Source: Candidatus Omnitrophota bacterium
GTDB lineage: Bacteria > Omnitrophota > Gorgyraeia > Velamenicoccales > JABMQK01
Direction: 5' to 3'
Assembly: GCA_028711115.1 (NCBI GenBank)
Contig: JAQTSV010000001.1
Span: forward strand, 902,032-966,031
DNA: 64,000 nt
The position numbers were made by a program, and so were the translations under genes. Positions 55,936 to 63,520 of the stretch are shown piece after piece (positions within the stretch are counted from its first letter, which is position 1; each line of letters starts with the position of its first letter). Below the pieces are notes generated by a model that was given only the letters and a program-made list of their open reading frames with translations, was not told the origin of the DNA and ran no database searches.

Positions 55936-56774
55936 TCTTTCCAAAACTCCCGAAACATTAGCCATTGAGAAGGATCTTCGGCAATTTCTTGCTCTATTAT
56001 TTTGGTATACTTTTTCATCACTTCCAGCTCATTCATTTCACTTGAAATTTCTATAGGAGGCAGGCATTCCATTACGCAACGATCAAGCGATTGCCGCGTA
56101 ACAATTGTAGGCAAAATAGGCGCCCCTGTACGCAATGACAAAACAGCAGGACCTCGCGGAATGCTCTTCTTCCTCCCGAAGAAATCCAAAGGATAACCTG
56201 AATTACTAAAATCCCTGTCCCCCAGAATAGCGAGTACTTTGTTATCCTTCAAACCCTTGTAACACTGTTTTATAGAGCTACCCAGAGAAATAACTTCTAT
56301 GCCTTTGCTTTGTCTTCTTCTCTTGAAAAAATTATTTATCTCTGAATCCTTGTGGTCTAAAGCCACAACCATTAATTTATATCCTAAAATCGACAATGCC
56401 ATCCCAGCCAATTCCCAATTTCCAAGATGAGCAGCTAACAATATCACTCCCTTTCCTTTTTTCAGGGCATTATCTAAATTATCTCTTCCCTTTATAGAAA
56501 AATGCTTCTCAATATAGGCTTTATCTATCTGTGAAAAACGAAAGAACTCTATTAAATATAAACCGAAATTTACAAATACCTCTATTGCCTTCTTTCTTAT
56601 GACGTCTTCCTTTTCGTTTGGTAAAATAACCCGCAGGTTATTCATTACAGCATCTCTGTCTTTTTTAGAAATTGAAAATTGTAATTTTGCCAAGAAAACA
56701 GCCATCTTATAGGCGATATTCCACGGCAAAATAACGGCCAATATTTCACCAACTTTATATAAAATATTTAACAT
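55932..56774 (-). CDS. Lysophospholipid/lipid A-type late acyltransferase family (LpxL/HtrB/PatA-like)
   Basis: N-terminal membrane anchor. LAAHLGNWELAG (HX4E acyltransferase motif). 280 aa. Confidence 0.7.
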   Translation of the reverse strand: MLNILYKVGEILAVILPWNIAYKMAVFLAKLQFSISKKDRDAVMNNLRVILPNEKEDVIRKKAIEVFVNFGLYLIEFFRFSQIDKAYIEKHFSIKGRDNLDNALKKGKGVILLAAHLGNWELAGMALSILGYKLMVVALDHKDSEINNFFKRRRQSKGIEVISLGSSIKQCYKGLKDNKVLAILGDRDFSNSGYPLDFFGRKKSIPRGPAVLSLRTGAPILPTIVTRQSLDRCVMECLPPIEISSEMNELEVMKKYTKIIEQEIAEDPSQWLMFREFWKE

Positions 56775-57895
56775 AATCTCAAAGCTAGTTCTGCGATTTT
56801 TTGCGAAGATAAAGGTTTGGCTATTCTTGATATTTTTTCTTTAATAGAATCTAATTCGCGGGGGTTATTTAAAAGAAAAACCAATCTCTCAACCGCATCC
56901 TTAATATTGTCAGCTTTCTGTACAACGCCTTGTTTTACTAAAAAATTTGTATTATTCTGCTCTTGGCCTGGTAAGGGCTGGACTATTAACATAGGAAGGT
57001 ACTTTGCCAGGGCTTCAGCCGTAGTGACGCCGCCTGGTTTTGTGATTAAAATATCCGCTATTGTCATCAATTTGTCCACATAACCTATATATCCATAAAT
57101 ATGCATCTTATTCCTAAAATTACTATTCTTTAAATAATCATAAAGTCTTTTATTTATCCCCGTAACAATTAGAAAATGCGCATTGATTTTGGATTTATCC
57201 AGCGTATTTATAAGCTGCTTGATAGGACCTATTCCTCGGCCACCTCCCATAATTAAGATTACCGGCTTATCTAAGTTTATATTCAACTCTGCTGCGGTTC
57301 TATATTTATCCAATGGTTCTGAAAATCTAGGATCAATCGGTATACCCCAGAGCTTAATCTTATTGTCGGCCACTCCTTTCTTAAGTAGCGCCTTCCTGGC
57401 TTCTTCTGAGCCCACTGTATAGAAATCAATTTCATCATAAACCCAATAAGCATGAGGCATAAAATCCGTGACTACGGCGATTAATTTTATATCGGGATTG
57501 CAGTGCTTCTTGTAATCAGCAACCATGCCACAGGGAAAGGCCTGCGAGCATATAACGACTTTACAGTTCTCGGTTTCAATCAACCTTTTAATTTTATCGC
57601 GATTCTTTCTATAGACAGATTGTCTGAGATTACTTATCCTTCTGGCTACGGCAGGGTTATCATATAAAAAATCCCAAATTGCAGGGGCTTTATTTATAAC
57701 ACCCATATATATGGCATGGGTGACTTTTTCCATTATTGGATTGGTATAGCCAAAACCATCTATATTCAGCACCTGCGGATGGGGATTGAAGGCGTTAATC
57801 GCCTTTTCAATAGCCATAGTAGCACTGTGATGGCCGGATACATTGGTTATATACATAAGAAGTATCTTTTTATCCATAAACTGATAATTTAGCAT
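56768..57895 (-). CDS. MGDG-synthase-like GT28 glycosyltransferase, copy 2
   Basis: ILLMYITNVSGHHSATMAIEKAI N-terminus and TKPGGVTTAEA C-domain motif. Paralog of 21368..22465. Confidence 0.7.
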   Translation of the reverse strand: MLNYQFMDKKILLMYITNVSGHHSATMAIEKAINAFNPHPQVLNIDGFGYTNPIMEKVTHAIYMGVINKAPAIWDFLYDNPAVARRISNLRQSVYRKNRDKIKRLIETENCKVVICSQAFPCGMVADYKKHCNPDIKLIAVVTDFMPHAYWVYDEIDFYTVGSEEARKALLKKGVADNKIKLWGIPIDPRFSEPLDKYRTAAELNINLDKPVILIMGGGRGIGPIKQLINTLDKSKINAHFLIVTGINKRLYDYLKNSNFRNKMHIYGYIGYVDKLMTIADILITKPGGVTTAEALAKYLPMLIVQPLPGQEQNNTNFLVKQGVVQKADNIKDAVERLVFLLNNPRELDSIKEKISRIAKPLSSQKIAELALRLC

Positions 57896-57986
57896 AAAAC
57901 TTCTTATTTTACAACTAGTTTTGAATTCTGAACCCCTTTTGCCCTGAGTGGGCGAGGTAGGCTAAAATAGCGGTTTTTTGACTGGT

Positions 57987-58796
57987 TTAATCTAGTAAAG
58001 CGAGGTAGGTATTGCCCACACCTATGGCTCCCTGGATACGTAAAGGTATGCTATCTTTATCCTTTAGGAACCAAACTTTAAAACGCGGAGGAATACTCTT
58101 TATAAAAATGGCTTTGAATTGGCCTTTGGGTACTTTAATCTCGGTTTCCTTCTCTACCAGCATCTTTAACTGTTCAGTGGGAAGGCTGAATTCTATCTCG
58201 TCACCGATCTTATAGCTGTTATTCTTATATCGAAAATAATATAAAAGCAAAATTATGTTACTGATTTTACCTTTGCATTTAATCTTTTCGATGGTTGTTT
58301 TTCTGGCTTTGCGGGTAATTGTTACTTCATTTTTCTTTACGTCGTATTCTTCCAGAATATTTATGTTCTCACCTAGCAAATAAATTTTTCTCTCTACTCT
58401 TAAGGGAGTAAAACTACTGATATCGCCATAAATTATCTCTACATCACTAAAACCAGGGGCTCGTGATTCAAGAATAACAACGTCAGCCGAAACTCCACTT
58501 ATTTCTTTCTGGCCTAAGTAAGTTATGCCCACATTCCCGACTTTAAAACCTGCAGAATAAATACCGTATCTTAATTTTTCTCCTATCGGGAAAGGATACT
58601 TGGAAATGTTAACTTTAACTTCTTTTCCGACGAGATCAGCCTTTACGCCTTTGGCAAAACCTATAATTTCTTCGTAGGCGCTCTTTTTATATTCATTTAT
58701 ACGAGTCTCATAACAACTGAATATAAAAAAAAGTGCTGAAAAGAAAATTACCAAAATTAAAATAACAACCGTATTGTATTTTTTATGGATATTCAC
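57987..58796 (-). CDS. DUF3108-like exported protein
   Basis: N-terminal anchor VVILILVIFFSALFFIF. GEKLRYGIYSAGFKVGNVGITYLG... and a beta-rich body, as in DUF3108 family members. Confidence 0.45.
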   Translation of the reverse strand: MNIHKKYNTVVILILVIFFSALFFIFSCYETRINEYKKSAYEEIIGFAKGVKADLVGKEVKVNISKYPFPIGEKLRYGIYSAGFKVGNVGITYLGQKEISGVSADVVILESRAPGFSDVEIIYGDISSFTPLRVERKIYLLGENINILEEYDVKKNEVTITRKARKTTIEKIKCKGKISNIILLLYYFRYKNNSYKIGDEIEFSLPTEQLKMLVEKETEIKVPKGQFKAIFIKSIPPRFKVWFLKDKDSIPLRIQGAIGVGNTYLALLD

Positions 58797-59102
58797 TTAG
58801 GATAGGAAATCTCTCGCCTTTTCTCTGCTCTGGTGATGTTTTAAATCATTAAACTCAATACAAATAAGATCCGGTCTCTTTCTGCAGAGGATAGAGAGAT
58901 TCTTCAGACCAAAGTCGCTGGTTTTACGGCTGGTAATATAGCGAAATTCTGTATTGCATTTGGGGCAGGATTTTACGTTAGCATAATTCAAACCTAATTC
59001 TCTACACTTGAAACAATCGCCAGTCAAATCTCCTACTACCAACAGGTGCTGGCAAATTTCATCTAAATCAAATTCCTTTATTGTGCGTATCAAAACCTTC
59101 AT
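58797..59102 (-). CDS. Small hypothetical protein with CxxC...CxxC zinc-ribbon
   Basis: 101 aa. CFKCRE and CPKCN pairs. Abuts the downstream gene with no gap. No family recognised. Confidence 0.4.
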   Translation of the reverse strand: MKVLIRTIKEFDLDEICQHLLVVGDLTGDCFKCRELGLNYANVKSCPKCNTEFRYITSRKTSDFGLKNLSILCRKRPDLICIEFNDLKHHQSREKARDFLS

Positions 59103-59107
59103 TTTAA

Positions 59108-59512
59108 CTAAATCTTATAAACCTTGTCCTTGTGCCTTACTTTGCCTTTCACTAAAATGCCCATCTCCTGGCCTTTTTTTACCGATTGGACAGGCTGATG
59201 ATCAATTTGCATACTCGTAACCGGCTGTGTAAAATCAGTGGTATAACCTTTTATGCGAATCTTATCGCCTATTTGTAACGGGCCTTTCATTTTTAATACA
59301 ACTACTTTGATTTTAGAGAAATAATGAACTGCCTGCCCGACTAATTCTTCTTTTCTAACTGCGGGCTTCCTTAAGGATTTAGCGGCTGGCTTCTTCCTGG
59401 TTTTTCTGGTAACTGTTATCTTCTTTTTTATCTTCTTGCGGGGAGTTCTTTTAACGATATTTTTCTTAACCTTTTTCTTCTTTAAGAATTTCATTAATTT
59501 TCCGAAAACCAT
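59108..59512 (-). CDS. Small protein: polybasic Lys/Arg-rich N-terminal tail plus EF-Tu-domain-2-like beta-barrel
   Basis: The first 55 residues or so are about half Lys/Arg (KFLKKKKVKKNIVKRTPRKKIKKKITVTRKTRKK...). The C-terminus HYFSKIKVVVLKMKGPLQIGDKIRIKGYTTDFTQPVTSMQ resembles the small translation-elongation-factor-like proteins. GGGAGG RBS 6 nt upstream. Confidence 0.55.
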   Translation of the reverse strand: MVFGKLMKFLKKKKVKKNIVKRTPRKKIKKKITVTRKTRKKPAAKSLRKPAVRKEELVGQAVHYFSKIKVVVLKMKGPLQIGDKIRIKGYTTDFTQPVTSMQIDHQPVQSVKKGQEMGILVKGKVRHKDKVYKI

Positions 59513-59538
59513 TTGTTACCTCCCTGAGGCAATAATTT

Positions 59539-60630
59539 TTATTTAATATCAACTACTGAATTAAGCTCGCCGTAAGGATTAGGGGCCGTATGTGGATTCC
59601 TGGGATCGTTTAACCACTGGCCATCAACAACAAAACGATACTGATGACTGCCTTTGCTTAAGGGTATTTTTCTTATCCAAATGCCATCTCTTTTTTCCAG
59701 CATACTCTTTTCATCCATAGACCAATTATTAAAATCTCCGACGACAAATACAGAATGTGCTGCAGGCGCGCTAACAGAAAAAGTAACCATACCAAATTCT
59801 TTTAGTTTTGAGTGCGTGACTTTCTTAAACTCCTCAGAAATTTTCTCCATAGTTACCTGTTTTCCCGGAATATTCCTCTGCCCGGAAATAATTTCACGGG
59901 AAAGAGTAAAGTAATCCTTCGCTCCTCTGCAATACTTGTCATAATCTAAGACAGACTTTCCTGCGGCTTGGGATTCTTTAAGCTTAACATTTATATGTAT
60001 AATCGTTGAAAAAACTTTTTCTTTAAAATTGTTTTGTATGCGCCTTAATATATCGAAAGAATGGCGCAGGCGGGAATCAAAGATTGACACCAATACTCTG
60101 TAATCTACCTTGTGGCTGAGGCGTTCGCAGATTAAATCAATAATTTCGATAAGTCTAGCAACACCATCCACAGAAAAACGAGATGCCTCTACAGGTATAA
60201 TCGCTGAATTCGCTGCACGTAATGCGTTTATGGTTAATAAACCTAAATTGGGAGGGCAATCTATTAGGATATAATCATATTCGCTGCTCACTTCCGCAAG
60301 CACATCGCTCAACCTGCATTCCCTGCCTATCTCGTCGGAAAGTTCCTGCTCGATTGTACTCAAAATAATGGAAGACGGAACCAGATAAAAATTTTTGTCT
60401 AATTCAACTATGATATCTTTTAGCCTGCACTTATTTTTGGATATTTTCGATAACACGTCGTAAATACTGCGTTTGTTATCGATATTTAAGCCCATCGTTG
60501 CATGGGCCTGAGGGTCAAAATCAATAAGTAAAACTTTCTTACCGTTCATCGCCAGAGCAGCTGATAAATTTATTGCCGTTGTGGTCTTGCCAGTACCGCC
60601 CTTCTGATTACAAACAGCCGCTATCTCCAT
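59539..60630 (-). CDS. ParA/Soj-family deviant Walker A ATPase fused to a C-terminal CBM48 (AMPK-beta-type glycogen-binding) domain
   Basis: NQKGGTGKTTTAINLSAALA (deviant Walker A with signature Lys), LLIDFDPQ, ILIDCPP. Residues about 280-363, VTFSVSAPAAHSVFVVGDFNNWS...GSHQYRFVVDGQWLNDP, match the CBM48/AMPK1_CBM consensus. Confidence 0.8.
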   Translation of the reverse strand: MEIAAVCNQKGGTGKTTTAINLSAALAMNGKKVLLIDFDPQAHATMGLNIDNKRSIYDVLSKISKNKCRLKDIIVELDKNFYLVPSSIILSTIEQELSDEIGRECRLSDVLAEVSSEYDYILIDCPPNLGLLTINALRAANSAIIPVEASRFSVDGVARLIEIIDLICERLSHKVDYRVLVSIFDSRLRHSFDILRRIQNNFKEKVFSTIIHINVKLKESQAAGKSVLDYDKYCRGAKDYFTLSREIISGQRNIPGKQVTMEKISEEFKKVTHSKLKEFGMVTFSVSAPAAHSVFVVGDFNNWSMDEKSMLEKRDGIWIRKIPLSKGSHQYRFVVDGQWLNDPRNPHTAPNPYGELNSVVDIK

Positions 60631-60683
60631 TAATATCCTCCGTTCTTTAATTTTTATAAATAAATTTTAATAATGTTCTAATT

Positions 60684-61283
60684 TTACTCTGTAAAACGGA
60701 CTTCATCAATAAGAATTTTATCATTTTTGTCAGTGACATTCCAGTCTTCTACCATAAAAGTCAAAGTCTTTATTTGCGACCAATCTTTAACCAGCTTAAA
60801 ATCCGCCAAAGGCAGAACAAATCTCCTCCATTTGGAATTTATACCGGAGATATATTCCGCATCTTTCTCTAAAAGCGAATTCTCAATCTGTACTTTTATC
60901 GTAGAGTCGATTTTTGTTTTTTCTTCTGTCCTAATAGATAAAGTTAGAAAATGGTAACCGCTTAAATCTAAATTATCCAGATTAAATGACAAGGCCTTTA
61001 CCTTGCTGTTGCCTAATGAAGTGAAATCATACTTAATTACAATAGGTGTTTTATCGTGGAGAAGATATAAGCTTTTAGAGAATATTCTTTTCTCAACCAA
61101 AAAATAGTTTGATGCCAAAAACATTACCACGCAAATAATAGAAAATGCTGCTAAAATCCATAGAATTTTTCTCTTGGGTTTTTGTTTTACTTTTTTGTCA
61201 ATGAACGTCTTGGCAAGATGCTCGTAAACATCTTGTTTCATTCTAACATATTTCTTACTACTGTCAATAGCAGTATAGCTCAT
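60684..61283 (-). CDS. Single-pass membrane protein with extracytoplasmic beta-sandwich (CBM11/CIA30-like) domain
   Basis: TM ILWILAAFSIICVVMFLASNYFLV. The C-terminal 130 aa or so end ...TLTFMVEDWNVTDKNDKILIDEVRF, reminiscent of carbohydrate-binding beta-sandwich modules. Tentative. Confidence 0.35.
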   Translation of the reverse strand: MSYTAIDSSKKYVRMKQDVYEHLAKTFIDKKVKQKPKRKILWILAAFSIICVVMFLASNYFLVEKRIFSKSLYLLHDKTPIVIKYDFTSLGNSKVKALSFNLDNLDLSGYHFLTLSIRTEEKTKIDSTIKVQIENSLLEKDAEYISGINSKWRRFVLPLADFKLVKDWSQIKTLTFMVEDWNVTDKNDKILIDEVRFTE

Positions 61284-61327
61284 TTTAAATTAAATTTGAA
61301 ATCGGCTTTCCCGTCGGAAAAAACTAT

Positions 61328-62866
61328 TCATTCTAAAGGCTTATCCAAATCAACAGACGGCGACTGATTAATTATTTTATAAAAATTCCTCAGATGCATC
61401 CTGAACAATTCGTCAAACTGGCGCTGCTTGTCTCCATACCACCAAAACCAATCACTGCCTTCCAGTATATGAATCTGTTTCCAGGCTAATTCTGAAGGAT
61501 TCTCCGTTTGTTCTAATAATTTTCTGGCGCCAAGCAATAAATCCCATGCCTTATTTTTTGCAGGATTTCCAATCCATTTTGTAAAATCACCATTTATCCA
61601 CGAACCGGCTGCAATATTAGAAAGCTTGCCGATGTTTGGCTTTAAAGCTAAATATTCGCTCACCGTAACTGCCTTTATAAATTCTGAATTAGAAATTTTG
61701 GAATAAAGTAAATTCAAAAAATCCCTGCCATCATTTTTATAGTACTCCCAGGCATTCTCTCCATCCAAAGCCACAACCACCAGGCAATCTTTATTCTTAA
61801 AATGTTTATTTATGGAAGTAAGGTGGAACATAAAATCATCCACCGCTTTTTCTGTCTCCCAATATTGATAAACAAAACCAATCAAATCTGAAATATTCCT
61901 GTCACGGAATAAAACATTCAAATCTCCGTCGGGACACTCTAAGGCATATGATTTATAAATAAGCTCCGGTGTCCTGACTTTTCTCTTCAGCCTCTTTAAT
62001 AAAATTGATTCATCGGTAACTACCCAATTTATACCGTTTTCGATAAATAACGGCATAACCTGTTTTGCCACGGCTTCCTCGGAAGGCCACATACCCTGCG
62101 GTGGCTTGCCGAAATTTTCTTTATAACATTTTACTGCCTCCCGGATATGCCAGCGGCAATCATCAGGATAGCTAAAGTCTTTTTCCAGAAGCACCGTTTC
62201 CTTATTGGCATCCTTGGCTATCTTGGTATTATATAATAAAGGTAAGATAGGATGGTAAAAAGGGCTTATGCTTATTTCTATCTGCCCCTTGTCCTGGTAT
62301 TTCTTATATGTGGGGATTATCTCTTTTAAGATTTCTATCTGTTTATTTAAAATAATATTCTTATCTTCTTCATTGAAAAATCTTGCCTTTTTAACTAAAA
62401 TCTTCAGTTCCGGGATATTTTCTCTGAAATAAGGGTCGAACCAGGCAAGATTAAACCAAACCTGCAAATCCAGTAAATCCTGAGCGCTGAATTTCTTTTT
62501 ACTTTTGGCATTGAAATAAAGTTCATAATACCTGGGATGCAAAGCAAGAATCTTCTGCTTGTCAGCCATAAAGAAATTCCCTGTGATGAACTGACTCTCT
62601 TCTGCCGACAGTGAATCTGCCCTCTTTTTAGACAGCTCAAAGAATTTGTCGTTAGCACTGCCGTCCGTATAAGAATTGATCTGCTCAATTAAAGACGGCA
62701 CTAAATTAAATGTCTGGTGGATATTTGGGTATCCCTCCAGAATAGTCACCATATCCAGATAATCTTTTATGCCGTGCAGTCTTACCCAGGGTAAATTCGC
62801 TTTACCGCTTAAGAGATCGCGGTAATAAGGCTGGTGCATATGCCAGATGAAACTAAGATAAAGCAT
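61328..62866 (-). CDS. Glycoside hydrolase family 57 alpha-glucan-active enzyme (amylase / glucanotransferase / branching-type)
   Basis: N-terminal FIWHMHQPYYRD (GH57 region I), GMWPSEEAV (nucleophile Glu region), ALDGENAWEY (acid/base Asp region). Confidence 0.8.
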   Translation of the reverse strand: MLYLSFIWHMHQPYYRDLLSGKANLPWVRLHGIKDYLDMVTILEGYPNIHQTFNLVPSLIEQINSYTDGSANDKFFELSKKRADSLSAEESQFITGNFFMADKQKILALHPRYYELYFNAKSKKKFSAQDLLDLQVWFNLAWFDPYFRENIPELKILVKKARFFNEEDKNIILNKQIEILKEIIPTYKKYQDKGQIEISISPFYHPILPLLYNTKIAKDANKETVLLEKDFSYPDDCRWHIREAVKCYKENFGKPPQGMWPSEEAVAKQVMPLFIENGINWVVTDESILLKRLKRKVRTPELIYKSYALECPDGDLNVLFRDRNISDLIGFVYQYWETEKAVDDFMFHLTSINKHFKNKDCLVVVALDGENAWEYYKNDGRDFLNLLYSKISNSEFIKAVTVSEYLALKPNIGKLSNIAAGSWINGDFTKWIGNPAKNKAWDLLLGARKLLEQTENPSELAWKQIHILEGSDWFWWYGDKQRQFDELFRMHLRNFYKIINQSPSVDLDKPLE

Positions 62867-62982
62867 AACGGTTATGATCTGCGGTGATTACTTATTTTAG
62901 TAGAATTTTTTTAAACTCAACAATAATTATATAAAATTTACAGACAAAAAGAAACATTTTTATTTTATTTGCCGATTAGGAA

Positions 62983-63147
62983 TTACTTAGCGGATTTATC
63001 GTCGGAGTCCTTTCCTTTTACTTCCTTTTTGAATTCTTTGATTGCCTTGCCTAAGGCGCGGCCAATCTCAGGCAGACGCGAAGCGCCGAATACAAGCAAA
63101 ACAATCAACAAAATTACTATAAGCTCTCCTATACCAATCCTAAACAT
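62983..63147 (-). CDS. tatA: Twin-arginine translocase subunit TatA/E
   Basis: [42 protein letters not shown] is canonical TatA. I prefer the internal Met at 63147 over the ORF start at 63198 because AAAGGAGG lies about 7 nt upstream of it. Confidence 0.85.
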   Translation of the reverse strand: MFRIGIGELIVILLIVLLVFGASRLPEIGRALGKAIKEFKKEVKGKDSDDKSAK

Positions 63148-63456
63148 CGCTAAGCCTCCTTTTGCTAAACAATCAGCCGTCCCGTATTTTGTGGACAAGA
63201 AGCAAGATTATTAAGTTCGTACGCCAAAAATAGCTTTGGCTTCATTTGATTATAACAAAAATAATAAAAATATCCATTAAATAAATGGATAATTGTGTAC
63301 GTATTATGTTACGCTTTATCCCGTCTCGTATAAATGTATCAAAATTTTCTTCCTGTGAAAAATGCTACGATTCCACAAATTCAATCCTTTAGAACCGATA
63401 ATTTTGATACACTCGGCGGGATTGTCTTATATAAAAAGAAATACTAAGGTGGACAT

Positions 63457-63491
63457 AAAAAAACCCTTGACGCCCAATCGGACGTCAAGGG
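63457..63491 (-). terminator. Rho-independent terminator downstream of the porin-like gene
   Basis: Perfect 9-bp stem, cccttgacg (63464..63472) with cgtcaaggg (63483..63491), and a 10-nt loop. On the minus strand the hairpin is followed by a T7 run (A-run 63457..63463 on plus). Lies 30 nt after the stop at 63521. Confidence 0.8.
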
Positions 63492-63520
63492 TTTAAAAAA
63501 CCTTGACTAAGGAATTATGC

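Noticed and set aside
59539-60630. Reading the ParA-like gene as the chromosomal partition ATPase Soj/ParA.
   Set aside because: There is no adjacent ParB/Spo0J gene, and no gidA/gidB/dnaA context. I noticed no parS-like palindrome (tGTTTCAC-GTGAAACa type). The protein also carries a carbohydrate-binding C-terminal domain. An orphan cargo-positioning ParA fits better.
63271-63291. An 8-bp inverted repeat, tatccatt-aaata-aatggata, in the tatA upstream region. Also a 7-bp inverted repeat, actacaa (14311..14317) with ttgtagt (14339..14345), upstream of the MarR-like gene.
   Set aside because: Short AT-rich palindromes are expected by chance in AT-rich intergenic DNA. There is no second copy or known operator consensus to support a regulatory call.
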